Below, piece by piece: positions 1-15,321 of a DNA stretch of 64,000 nucleotides (the stretch's first letter is position 1; each line of letters starts with the position of its first letter). The notes beneath the pieces were generated by a model. The model saw only the letters and a list, made by a program, of their open reading frames with translations, did not search any database and was not told where the DNA came from. The stretch covers positions 34,224,001 through 34,288,000 of the forward strand of contig OZ024760.1 of NCBI GenBank assembly GCA_964016885.1, read 5' to 3'. A program made the translations under genes and the position numbers. Origin of the DNA: Eledone cirrhosa (Eukaryota).

Positions 1-206
1 AACATTTTTTGAGGAATTTAGGTTAGAGATTGTGTTCTTGAGATTTACAAGGTGCTCTTGTCCTTTGTAAGGGTATCTCTTGAATTTAAGATTTTTTATT
101 ATTTTAGTTCCTCGAATTGTGCTAGATTTTTGTTGGAAGGAGGATTTCGTCTAGAATTAAAAAGATGATCGAGGAAGTTGTGTTCTTTGGTATGAAAGTT
201 CCCTTT
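1..206 (-). pseudogene. Fragment of PLE ORF N-terminal region (runs off window start)
   Basis: Minus-strand translation gives ...[19 protein letters not shown].(frameshift/stop).IKNLKFKR...LKNTISNLNSSKNV. This resembles the F.S...PP....L..FE..L...IK.+KF pattern upstream of PLE RT domains. 5' end abuts (TA)n. Confidence 0.55.
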
Positions 207-1583
<1,377 letters not shown>

Positions 1584-1692
1584 GCATGAATGAAGTAATT
1601 CCATCGGAAAAGTCCAGGAAAAAAGAGTGCTCTATGTATGCAACAGAGCTTAATTATTATTATTATATAATAAACAACATAAGGCAATTATT

Positions 1693-1748
1693 CCATTTAC
1701 CAGTGGTTTCTTAAAAGCAAAAGGTTTTGCTTTCAATCCTCAGAACGG
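1693..1748 (-). ncRNA. Type I hammerhead ribozyme (intact core)
   Basis: ccgtt-CTGAGGA-ttgaaagcaaaa/cc/ttttgcttttaa-GAAAC-cactg-GTA-aatgg. Stems I and II pair; stem III is minimal. Confidence 0.8.
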
Positions 1749-1907
1749 GAAAAAGCTGGTTTGTTTATTGAATTTGGATTACAAACCAAAAAATGCAATC
1801 TATATGAAAGTGAGGCTGGAGAAGGGAGAAGGAAAGGAAAAATAAAATAAAATAAAACGACGCATGCAAACACTCACACAAAAAAACGCAAAAGCATACT
1901 TACAAAC

Positions 1908-1965
<58 letters not shown>

Positions 1966-2396
1966 ACGCATACACACATACACATACACACATATATATA
2001 AAAAACGTACACTTACCTACACAAGCACATATATACACACATATACACATACATACATTAATACATATACACACACGCACACACACACACACACACACAC
2101 ATACACTCGCACACGCACACGCACACGCACACACACGCACATATCAACACATATATACATATGTACATATATATATATATATATATACATATATATACAT
2201 ATACACACACACACATACACACACATACACATGTGTGTGTATAAGCATACACATACACAAACATAGCCATACACACACACATATATATACATACATACAT
2301 ACATTCACACAAACATACAAAACGTACATACATACACATACATGAATGCACTCCTCTACGTATTCGCACACGCAAATAAAAATAAGAAAAAAAAAA

Positions 2397-2467
<71 letters not shown>

Positions 2468-2704
2468 TAAAATTTTTGACAGCGATACATGACCCAGCTA
2501 ACAGGACAGACACGCGTAGTAAGTAATACACACAAAAAAGCACGCACACATACGTACGAAACAGTAAACACATACACACACTCTCACACATAAATATACA
2601 TAAACAAACACAAAAACACATACATACACAAACACGCACACGTATACATATTAAACACACACACATATGTATATGTAATTATATACGCACACACACACAT
2701 ATAC

Positions 2705-2748
<44 letters not shown>

Positions 2749-3204
2749 ATACACATACACACATATATATATATATATACACAAAATATATAAACGCACA
2801 CACACACACACACACACGCATATACGTAAATACACATATACATACATAGCTAAACAATTATACACATGCAAATACGTATATATCAAAAACACACACAACC
2901 AAAAACAAATACACACACACATACACACACACACACACACACACATATATACATAAAAAAATAAAATAATAAACACACACACATATACATACATACATAC
3001 ACATACATATATATATATATATATATATTATATACATACATACACACACATAAACACACATACGTACATATACACATGTGCATACACATACACACACACA
3101 TATACATGTGTGTATGTGTAAAACTCAGTATTAGCAAAGACAAATGAACCTTACATAAACGTATATATAGTAGTAAGGTAATAAAGCAACATAAGGCAAT
3201 TATT

Positions 3205-3259
3205 CCATTCACCAGAGGTTTCTTAAAAGCAAAAAATGTTTCCTTCAGTCGTCAGAATG
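3205..3259 (-). ncRNA. Paralogous hammerhead, degenerate (cleavage triplet GTG)
   Basis: catt-CTGACGA-ctgaaggaaacattttttgcttttaa-GAAAC-ctctg-GTG-aatgg, followed by aataattgccttatgttg as in the 1693 copy. G at position 17 violates the NUH rule. Confidence 0.65.
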
Positions 3260-3340
3260 AAAAAAAGTGAAAAAAACCTGGTTTATCCACATATACAAAC
3301 ATATACATACACAAATATACATATATATACACATACACAA

Positions 3341-3371
<31 letters not shown>

Positions 3372-3637
3372 CATATATACATACACACCCATATATACAT
3401 ACACACATACATACATATATATATGTATATATACACACATATATATACACACAAAAATACATACACATACACATAGGTATGTGGAGGGCAAAACAAAAAT
3501 AATATATGGGGGGGGGGCTAAGAGGAGGTAAAAATATAAGGGGAGGTAAGAGAGAAACAATTTTAAATATACAAGAGTACAGAAGGTAGAATCAGCAAAA
3601 TAAAAACCGTAGCAGAAGTAAAGAGCAGAGAAGGAGT

Positions 3638-4821
3638 TCAAGGCGGTTGATTTATCGTAGGAGTGTCAATCCAGTTACAGATCAGATGCGATTTCAGATG
3701 AGGACAGCATCTGAAGATCTCAGTCTTTGAGTTAAGGCAAGCGGAAGTGGCTCTCAAGTTTAGCAAAATCCTATACTTTTCTGTGGTACACAAAGAACAA
3801 TTCTTTGTGCCCCTTTGGTACTCCCTCGAATGGTCTAATATAGACCAATCAATAGAGTACGGGATATTACTATCCTTGAGATCCCATACCTTACTTGCGA
3901 GGGCCGTTGATGTTCTTTATCTGAGTGTTTAAAAGAAGCGACATGTGAGTAAAATCTGGTTTTAAACCTGTCCTGGGTCATACCGACATATCGCTCACTT
4001 CTGGCTGGCTGGTTGTTGATAACTGGCGTTATCTTAGCCTCATAAACGACAGATTTTGTGTTACATTTACCCTGCAATGGGCATTCATCCGGCTTCCTGC
4101 AACTGCATCCTGGATTTATCCTCGTACGGTTTGAACTGGTGATTTTGGACTTCATGGATGGGCAACAAGAGTAGCTGATCTTAACTACATTCCTATTAAA
4201 AATCTTATAATATCTATGAATAGGAGGAAAATGTTTGTCTAATAGTTCAAGGAATTTCCTTCCTACATTAGTTTTGACATTTAGAGAGAAGGGGGGTGTG
4301 AACCAAATAATCTTCCTTTTCCTGTTATTATGGTTAGTTTTAGGGGGGGGGGTGGAGTAGGTAAATAAGAAATATTTTCTGTAAAACCGCTATTCTTAAG
4401 GGCTTTATTATAATAAGGGGCGGCTTTATTAAAAATGTCTATAGACGAAGATAAGGTAGAAATCCTACGGCTAATGTTAGGAATAAGATTATTAAAAACT
4501 ATAGGGGGATGGCAAGACTCTTTGATTTTCATTAGGTTTATGATAGGGTTTAAAAGAGGCAGTAAGTAGATCAAGATTAATATCAAGAAAGTTAGCATTA
4601 GTAAGGTTCGTATCTATAGTAATTTTAAGGTTAGGATTAGCAAAAGTACTAATTAAATCTTTACGGAATTTATCAAGATTATGGCCGTTGGTGGTATGAG
4701 AAACTGCTAATCCGTCATCACGGTATAAACCGATATTATGGGACGGAAATTTCTCTTTGAGTGTGTGGAGAAGGAATAATCCTACTAAGTCGCACACATC
4801 CGCACTATCATAGGAACCCAT
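3638..4821 (-). pseudogene. PLE RT + GIY-YIG endonuclease, frameshifted and 5'-truncated
   Basis: Motifs MGSYDSADVCDLVG, GLYRDDGL, NFLDINLDL, CSCRKPDECPLQGKC, VVYEAKI...YVGMTQDRFKTRFYSH; in shifted frames ALASKVWDLK, CSLCTTEK, LNSKTEIFRCCPH. Stop at 3638-3640. Confidence 0.92.
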
Positions 4822-4897
4822 TGCAATATATATATATGTATGTGTATGTATGTATGTATATGTGTGTGTGTGTTTATTATTTTATTATTTTTTTATG

Positions 4898-4948
<51 letters not shown>

Positions 4949-5075
4949 TTGTTTTTGGTTGTGCGTGTTTTTGATATATACGTATTTGCATGTGTATAAT
5001 TGTTTAGCTATGTATGTATATGTGTGTTTACGTATATGCGTGTGTGTGTGTGTGTGTACGTTTATATATTTTGTG

Positions 5076-5108
<33 letters not shown>

Positions 5109-5121
5109 GTGTGTATGTGTA

Positions 5122-5152
<31 letters not shown>

Positions 5153-5830
5153 GTATATGTGTGTGTGTGTGTGTATATAATTACATATACATATGTGTGT
5201 GTGTTTAATATGTATACGTGTGCGTGTTTGTGTATGTATGTGTTTTTGTGTTTGTTTATGTATATTTATGTGTGAGAGTGTGTGTATGTGTTTACTGTTT
5301 CGTACGTATGTGTGCGTGCTTTTTTGTGTGTATTACTTACTACACGTGTCTGTCCTGTTAGCTGGGTCATGTATCGCTGTCAAAAATTTAAAAAATATAT
5401 ATATATATATATATATAAATATATATATTTTTTTCTTATTTTTATTTGCGTGTGCGAATATGTAGAGGAGTGCATTCATGTATGTGTATGTATGTACGTT
5501 TTGTATGTTTGTGTGAATGTATGTATGTATGTACGTTTTGTATGTGTGTGTGTATGGCTATGTTTGTGTATGTGTGTGTATGTGTGTGTGTGTATATGTA
5601 TATATATGTATATATATATATATATATGTACATATATATATATGTGTGTGGATATGTGCGTGTGTGTGTGTGCGCGCGCGTGTGTGTGTGTGTGTGTGCG
5701 TGTGTGTATATGTATTAATGTATGTATGTGTATATGTGTGTATATATGTGCTTGTGTAGGTAAGTGTACGTTTTTTATATATATGTGTGTATGTGTATGT
5801 GTGTATGCGTACACACACATATATATATAT

Positions 5831-6108
5831 AGAGAGAAAAATACTGCAGGTAGCACATGGATAACATGTAATAAAATGAGTCCCTCATCAGTGATTTGCC
5901 GAAGATCATAGATATTTCATTGCATTAAAAATCATATACCTCACGTCGGTGCAATAATAACCAAAATAAGTTATCAGGACAATTAAAACGCGTAAAGCGA
6001 GTGAGACAGGAGAACAACAGAGTATGGCTAACCAGGGGAAAGAAACAAGCTTCAAAAATTATTCTGTTTAGCATAAGCTAGGTGAATATATGAGCGCTTT
6101 TAGAACAG
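5831..6108 (-). other. ~280 bp insertion in a (TA)n run of the inverted pLTR copy; possible pLTR fragment
   Basis: Absent from the mirror position (~1920-1950). Minus strand has CTGATGA (5885-5891) but no matching GAAA. Confidence 0.45.
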
Positions 6109-6294
6109 ATATATATATATGTATATATGTATGTGTGTGTAAGTATGCTTTTGGTTTTTTTTGTGTGTGTGTTTGCATGCGTCGTTTTATTTTATTTTAT
6201 TTTTCCTTTCCTTCTCCCTTCTCCAGCCTCACTTTCATATAGATTGCATTTTTTGGTTTGTAATCCAAATTCAATAAACAAACCAGCTTTTTCC

Positions 6295-6342
6295 CCGTTC
6301 TGAGGATTGAAAGCAAAACCTTTTGCTTTTAAGAAACCACTG
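6295..6342 (+). ncRNA. Inverted copy of the 1693 hammerhead with the cleavage site deleted
   Basis: CTGAGGA at 6300 and GAAAC at 6333 are followed by cactg-aaataatt; about 7 nt including GTA and the 3' strand of stem I are missing. Confidence 0.7.
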
Positions 6343-6380
6343 AAATAATTGCCTTATGTTGTTTATTATATAATAATAAT

Positions 6381-6613
6381 ATATATATATGTATATATAT
6401 ATGTATATATGTATATATATGTATATATGTATATGTATATATATATATGTATATATATATATGTATATATATATGTATATATGTATATATGTATGTATAT
6501 ATGTATGTATATATGTATGTATATATGTATGTATATATGTATGTATATATGTATGTATATATGTATGTATATGTATATATGTATATATATGTATGTATAT
6601 ATATATATGTATG

Positions 6614-6674
<61 letters not shown>

Positions 6675-6871
6675 GTATGTATGTATGTATATATGTATAT
6701 ATATGTATGTATATATGTATATATATGTATGTATATATGTATATATATGTATGTGTATATATATATGTATGTATATATGTATATATATGTATGTATATGT
6801 ATGTATATATATATATGTATGTATATATATATATGTATATATATATGTATGTATATATGTATGTATATATG

Positions 6872-6908
<37 letters not shown>

Positions 6909-7165
6909 TTATGTATATATATGTATGTATATATGTATGTATATATATTTATGTATATATGTATGTATATATATTTATGTATATATGTATATATGTATGT
7001 ATATATATTTATATATGTATGTATATATATTTATGTATATATGTATGTATATATATTTATGTATATATGTGTATATATATTTATGTATATATGTATATAT
7101 ATATGTATGTATATATGTATGTATATATATGTGTATGTATGTATATATATGTGTATGTATGTATG

Positions 7166-7197
<32 letters not shown>

Positions 7198-7241
7198 TAT
7201 ATATTTATGTATATATGTATGTATATATATGTATGTATGTG

Positions 7242-7280
<39 letters not shown>

Positions 7281-7571
7281 GTATATGTATGTGTATGTAT
7301 GTATGTATGTATGTATATATATGTATGTGTATGTATGTATGTATATATGTGTATGTGTATGTATGTGTATGTATGTATGTATATATATGTATGTGTATGT
7401 ATGTATATATGTATGTATATATGTATATATGTATGTATATATATATATGTATATATATATGTATATATATGTATGTATATATATATATATGTCTGTATGT
7501 ATATAAGTATGTATGTGTATGTATATGTGCGTGTATGTGTATATATATGTGTGTCTATATATGTGTGTGTA

Positions 7572-7612
<41 letters not shown>

Positions 7613-7677
7613 ATATGTGTGTATATATGTGTATGTATATGTTTATATATGTGTGTGTGTGTGTGTTGTATGTGTAG

Positions 7678-7752
<75 letters not shown>
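6381..7752. repeat. (TA)n/(TATG)n compound microsatellite
   Basis: Directly visible. Confidence 0.97.
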
Positions 7753-7756
<4 letters not shown>

Positions 7757-8718
7757 CTTGATATATTTCTTTTTTCTTTTTTCTTTTTCTTTTCTTTTCT
7801 TTTTATTTATAAGTTTATAGATACATCTATAAATAAGCAGTCTGCCCAAACCGTTGAATACTGACCTCTCCCCCCCTCCCACCTAATTTCTGTATCTTGA
7901 TCTAAATGTGTGTGGCAGTGTTTATGTGAGTGAATTAATATCCATGTGCTTATGATAATATTATATCCACATATATATGTGTGTGGGGGTGTGTGTGTGT
8001 ATGTATGTTCGTAATTATGTGTATGTTTATGCATATACGCGCGCGTGTGTGTGAGTGTACGGATATGTGTGAGTATGAGAATATGTGTATACACTTATTT
8101 CATATTTATGTGTCTATACGCATTTTATCTGTGGATTATAAACTTACAGAGACATTAGCCTTGAATTTTTGTATTTGCATACATCTTTTTGGCATGCGTA
8201 TGCATGTTGAGCATATATCTTTGTATAAATATGTGTACGGGGTTAGTTACATGTATATACACACACCAAACTGCATAAAACTTTTTGTATTTTCATTGGT
8301 CAATTTTGAACTCCGTTCCCAAACGGACCTGAAATTTTGAATTGTTGTTATTATCAATAAATATATTTCATTATTTCTGAAGACGGCATATATGTGTGTT
8401 TGGTATGTATATTTAATCTTGATAGTTTGTATAATTTTGTATAATTTTGTACATAGATCTGTTGAATATGCATGCCAATTCTAACACATATATATCCTAG
8501 AAACGATCGTTAAATAATGAACTTTTTTTGTTTAATATAAGGAACTGTTTCATTGTTTTATTCATTATTTGTTTAATATTTTATCTTGACTCTGTATTCC
8601 GTTTATCTTTCACCGAAAGTGATTTTTCATTACATCTCTTCTTTCCATGATATCCGGAATACATTGAGTTCTTCATACGGATTGGACACTACCGTAAATT
8701 CTTGGTAGATTTATCTAC
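7753..8718 (+). mobile_element. Solo PLE pLTR-like element containing an HHR; 3' part repeated at 46505-46715
   Basis: T/TG-rich leader, HHR at 8368-8520 and ~200 bp tail ending ggtagatttatctac|(AT)n. The tail is closely similar to 46509-46715. Confidence 0.7.
8368..8520 (+). ncRNA. Type I hammerhead with ~116 nt stem II insert
   Basis: tcattattt-CTGAAGA-[cggcatatatgtgtgtt...aacacatatatatccta]-GAAAC-GATC-GTT-aaataatga. Perfect 9 bp stem I; palindromic stem III (aacgatcgtt). Confidence 0.82.
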
Positions 8719-8769
8719 ATATATGTATGTATATATATATATGTATGTGTATATATATATATATGTATG

Positions 8770-8799
<30 letters not shown>

Positions 8800-8800
<1 letters not shown>

Positions 8801-9182
8801 CATCATCATCATCATCAGGTTTAGCGTCCGTGTTCCACGCTTGCATGGGTTTGGACGTGGGGTTTTCCCACTTGAGGCAACAGTGGTTGTCTTGCTCGCA
8901 TAGGACTGTCTGGCGGGTTTTCTACAGTTGGATGCCCTTCCTAACACCAACCACATTTACAGTGTGGGGCTGGGAGGTTTTTACCGTGTTGCCTACACGA
9001 CCACATTACAGCGTGGACTGTCTGGCGGGTTTTCTACAGCTGGATGCCCTTCCTAACACCAACCACATTTACAGTGTGGGGCTGGGAGGTTTTTACCGTG
9101 TTGCCTACACGGCCACATTTACAGCGTGGACTGTGTGTTTTTTGTCGTGACACCTACACGATCTCATTTGTTTCGGCCTGTG
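8800..9182 (-). mobile_element. 3' UTR fragment of RTE family 3 with (ATG)n tail
   Basis: Near-identical to 58838-59218, including the tandemly duplicated ggttggtgttaggaagggcatcca block. Confidence 0.9.
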
Positions 9183-10490
<1,308 letters not shown>

Positions 10491-10495
10491 TCTCC

Positions 10496-10904
10496 GGGAG
10501 AGATGACCCCTTAGCCTTTGTCAAGGCAGAATTCTAGGAGAAGGAAAACTCTGATATAACACCTGCAACCCTGATGGTATCCAATGATGTTGACTTGTTC
10601 TTCTTTTTGGTAAATATCATCTTGGTTAAGAGAGTGGGACTGGCTTTGTGCAGTGCCTTTGCTCACTATAAAAGCTTCACGGCACAGGCATTGCTTTATA
10701 TCTGGAGATCTCTCTGCACTTGTCCTCGCATGGTACCATGGGCCCAGCACTATGTGTCAATAATTGTCACAAGTGTAGTGTTTGTACCAGAGTTTTCAAG
10801 TCGCTGGCTGGACTAAAAAGTCACACTCGTTCAGTGCATCAGTAGGGGTCCTCCTACATGGATATAAAGTAGTGGCCGTACTCGAAAACGAGTTGGCAGC
10901 CACC
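10496..10904 (+). mobile_element. 5'-truncated copy of bipartite RTE-derived non-autonomous element
   Basis: Near-identical to 41992-42400. Contains ctaggagaaggaaaactctga (RTE 5'UTR-like), a C2H2 remnant [24 protein letters not shown] (10768-10845) and a 3' hairpin ctcg-aaaa-cgag. Confidence 0.75.
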
Positions 10905-11060
10905 ATATATATGTATATATGTATGTATATATATATATATGTATGTATGTATATATATATATATGTATGTATGTATATATGTATATATGTATGTATATAT
11001 GTATATATGTATGTATATATATGTATATATGTATATATATCTATGTATGTATATATATGT

Positions 11061-11522
11061 AGGTGCAGAGAACTAGAAGTCGATGGAAACCGCGGAGTGG
11101 GGAGACCCAAGATGACCTGGGATGAGGTGATAAAAGCCGACCATACCCAATTAAACCTCTCAAAGGCAATGACACACGACCGTGACCTCTGGCGTCATGC
11201 AGTAATATAGCGTACCCGACCTCCCATGGGTACAAGCTGAAGCATATTGACAATATTCCCCCACACCCCCCACCGCAATGTGGTCGTGGAGGCTCCACAG
11301 CAAAAAATAACCCAGCCCACACTGTAAACTGAACGTGTAGGTGCCACAAAAAAGCACCCAGCACTCACTGTAAATGAGGTTGGTGTTAGGAAGGGCATCC
11401 AGCTGTAGAAATCAAGCCAAATCAGTTTCTGTATGAGCAAGGCATGGTCAGCCGACCAGACACTGCCCACAACAGGACAACCCATGCTAGCGTGGAAGAA
11501 CGGACGTAAAACGATGATGATG
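11061..11522 (+). mobile_element. 3' fragment of RTE family 1
   Basis: Encodes [27 protein letters not shown]...[10 protein letters not shown], matching the C-terminus of ORF 34158-36527; same 3'UTR and (GAT)n tail. Confidence 0.92.
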
Positions 11523-11558
11523 TATGTATGTATATTTATGTATGTATGTATATATATG

Positions 11559-11590
<32 letters not shown>

Positions 11591-11611
11591 TATGTATGTA
11601 AATATATGTAT

Positions 11612-11709
11612 TTATCTATCTATCTAAGGCGGGTAAAATTCTCGAGATCCATGGACGAGTTCTCTCCAGCGATCTCTGTCCCTCATTATCGTTGCCATAT
11701 CCTGCATCA
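11612..11709 (-). mobile_element. 3' tip of RTE-like family 4 with (TAGA)n tail
   Basis: Reverse complement matches 32664-32762 (gagagaactcgtccatggatctc...acccgccttagatagatag). Confidence 0.85.
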
Positions 11710-11796
11710 CCTGCGCAACCATAAATACACATACACATACACATATACACACATAAAAACACACACACACACATAAATATATTTATATATATATAT

Positions 11797-11843
<47 letters not shown>

Positions 11844-11870
11844 TATACACACACACATATATATATACAC

Positions 11871-11952
<82 letters not shown>

Positions 11953-12002
11953 ATATATAAATATACACATACATACACACACATACACACACACATACAT
12001 AC

Positions 12003-12035
<33 letters not shown>

Positions 12036-12160
12036 TATACACATATATAACGGGAACAAAACAGAACATATATATATATACACACACATACACCATACAT
12101 ACATATATTTATATATATATATATAGAGATACACCACTCATACATATATTCATATATATA

Positions 12161-12192
<32 letters not shown>

Positions 12193-12277
12193 CATATATA
12201 TACATATATATATATATACACACATACATACACATACACATACAGAAAACATATATACATATATATATATATATATT

Positions 12278-12792
12278 TAAATACAAAGTAAAAACCTACT
12301 ACAGTCAGTAGGCATCTCTATCAAAACACGCCCCCGTCCCACCACCTCCACCCCATCCACACCGCCCCTTTCAATGTAAAGTTATGTTGGTCCCACAACA
12401 TCCAGGCCGAAACAAATGAGATTGTGTAGGTGTCACGACAAAAAAACACACAGTCCACGCTGTAATGTGGCTGTGTAGGCAACACGGTAAAAACCTCCCA
12501 GCCCCACACTGTAAATGTGGTTGGTGTTAGGAAGGGCATCCAGCTGTAGAAAACCCGCCAGACAGTCCACGCTGTAATGTGGCCGTGTAGGCAACACGGT
12601 AAAAACCTCCCAGCCCCACACTGTAAATGTGGTTGGTGTTAGGAAGGGCATCCAACTGTAGAAAACCCGCCAGACAGTCCTATGCGAGCAAGACAACCAC
12701 TCTTGCCTCAAGTGGGAAAAACCCCCGTCCAAACCCATGCAAGCATGGAACACGGACGCTAAACCTGATGATGATGATGATGATGATGATGA
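12278..12792 (+). mobile_element. 3' UTR of RTE family 3 with (GAT)n tail, nested in the left arm
   Basis: Reverse complement of 58838-59344 (taaatacaaagtaaaaacctactacagtc...ggacgctaaacctgatgatg). Confidence 0.92.
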
Positions 12793-12879
12793 TATATATA
12801 TACACACATATCTACACATATATATACATATATATACACATACATATAAATATATATATATACACATATATATATATAC

Positions 12880-12920
<41 letters not shown>

Positions 12921-13039
12921 TACACATACATATATATGTACATACATATACACACATATATATAAATATATACATACACACATGCATACACATACACATA
13001 TATATATACACACATATACACACACATACATATACATAA

Positions 13040-13070
<31 letters not shown>

Positions 13071-13098
13071 TATAAATACATACATACACATACATATA

Positions 13099-13182
<84 letters not shown>

Positions 13183-13212
13183 TACACACACACACACACA
13201 TACGTACACACA

Positions 13213-13248
<36 letters not shown>

Positions 13249-13255
13249 CACATAT

Positions 13256-13292
<37 letters not shown>

Positions 13293-13508
13293 AATATATA
13301 TACACATATATATATATACACAAACACACACAAATATATACATACACATACACGCAAATATATATATATATATATACATATATATACATACACATATATA
13401 TATACATATACACATACATATACACACATATATACACATATACATACACATACATACACATATACATACATATATATATACATATATATATACATATATA
13501 TACACACT

Positions 13509-13559
<51 letters not shown>

Positions 13560-13974
13560 GCACACACACATATATATACACACACACACCCACATATATA
13601 CATATATATATATATATATATACATATATACACATATGTACACATATATACATACACACATACATATACATACATATACACATACATACACATATATATA
13701 CACATACATACACACACACACACACATATATATACACACATACATACACACACATACATATATATATATATATACATAAATAAACAGAGGTACTCACATG
13801 TGAGTACCTCTTACCTATCTACATTTTCTGCCTGTAGAGGTGCTTTTATGTGCCTGCGTATATGCGTATATTTATTGAGTGCTTATTTATTTGTATGTGT
13901 ATATATTTGTGTGTATGTGTGTATATGTATGTGTATGTATGTATATATATATGTGTGTATATGTGTTTATTTAT

Positions 13975-14010
<36 letters not shown>

Positions 14011-14209
14011 ATGTATGTGTGTATATATATGTGTGTGTGTGTATATGTATGTATATGTATGTGTGTGTGTGTGTGTGTATGTATGTGTATATATTTGTAT
14101 ATATATGTGTATATGTATATGTATGTATATGTATGTGTGTATGTATATATGTGTACATATGTGTATATATGTATGTATATATATGTGGGTGTGTGTGTGC
14201 ATGTGTGTA

Positions 14210-14254
<45 letters not shown>

Positions 14255-14362
14255 ATATATATGTATGTATATGTGTATGTATATGTGTATGTATGTGTGT
14301 ATGTATATATGTGTGTATATGTATGTGTATATGTATATATATATATATATATATGTGTATGT

Positions 14363-14398
<36 letters not shown>

Positions 14399-14445
14399 GT
14401 GTGTATGTGTATGTATATATTTGTGTGTTTGTGTATATATATATG

Positions 14446-14486
<41 letters not shown>

Positions 14487-14566
14487 AAGTATATATGTAT
14501 ATATGAGTATATATATATATATATATATATAGATGTGTGTACGTATATGTGTGTGTATGTGTGTAC

Positions 14567-14606
<40 letters not shown>

Positions 14607-14903
14607 GTATATGTGTATGTATGTATTTATAAGTGTATGTGTGTGTGTGTGTATATATATATATATTTATGTATATGTATGTGTGTATATGTGTGTGTAT
14701 ATGTATGTGTGTGTATATGTGTGTGTATGCATGTGTGTATGTATATATTTATATATGTGTGTATATGTATGTATATATATATGTGTATATGTATGTATAT
14801 ATATATGTATATATATGTGTAGATGTGTGTGTATATATATAGATGTGTGTGTATATAAGTATCTGTATGTGTATGTATGTGTGTGTGTATATATATATAT
14901 ATC

Positions 14904-15080
14904 GGAACCAGTAAGACCCCGACAGCTGAGCTCAAGCCGTTTCGACGAGAATTAGCCGTCGAAACGGCTTGAGCTCAGCTGTCGGGGTCTTACTGGTTCC
15001 TATTACCCACTCTACTACCTCAAGTATTGAGTACTTTGGTGCGTTATGGTCCACCTGGTTCCTTACCACATTTCCTTCGT
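14904..15080 (+). mobile_element. pLTR fragment with 44 bp perfect inverted repeat and 3' half of an HHR
   Basis: Arms 14904-14947 and 14957-15000 with a 9 nt loop; contains gacg..cgtc-GAAAC-ggct-tgagctc-agct-GTC-ggggtct. Confidence 0.75.
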
Positions 15081-15321
15081 TATATATATATGTGTATATA
15101 TATATATATGTATATATATATATGTGTATATATATATATTTATATGTATATGTATATATATATATGTGTATATATATATATTTATATGTATGTGTATATA
15201 TATGTATATATATGTGTAGATATGTGTGTATATATGTATATATGTATGTGTATGTGTATGTATGTGTGTATATATATATATATGTATATATATGTATATA
15301 TATATATGTATATATAATATA

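Larger units (their letters stand above)
1584..6380 (-). mobile_element. PLE-1: 5'-truncated Penelope-like element with a microsatellite-rich, two-HHR 3' repeat (1584-3637) and an inverted partial copy of that repeat at the 5' junction (4826-6380)
   Basis: RT/GIY-YIG remnants at 3638-4821. 4826-5830 mirrors ~1930-3020 (e.g. gacagcgatacatgacccagctaacaggacagacac at ~2478 vs its reverse complement at ~5346). 6110-6380 mirrors ~1655-1930. An inverted pLTR next to a truncated ORF is typical PLE architecture. Confidence 0.88.

Noticed and set aside
3690-3725. Hairpin tcagatg/catctga with CTGA..GAAA resembling a hammerhead on the minus strand
   Set aside because: Core spacing is wrong and the sequence is coding (LNSKTEIFRCCPH end of the PLE endonuclease).
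10768-10845. C2H2 zinc finger as an exon of a host zinc-finger gene
   Set aside because: Single finger followed by a stop, a 3' hairpin and (TA)n, and present in two dispersed near-identical copies; fits an RTE-type C-terminus.
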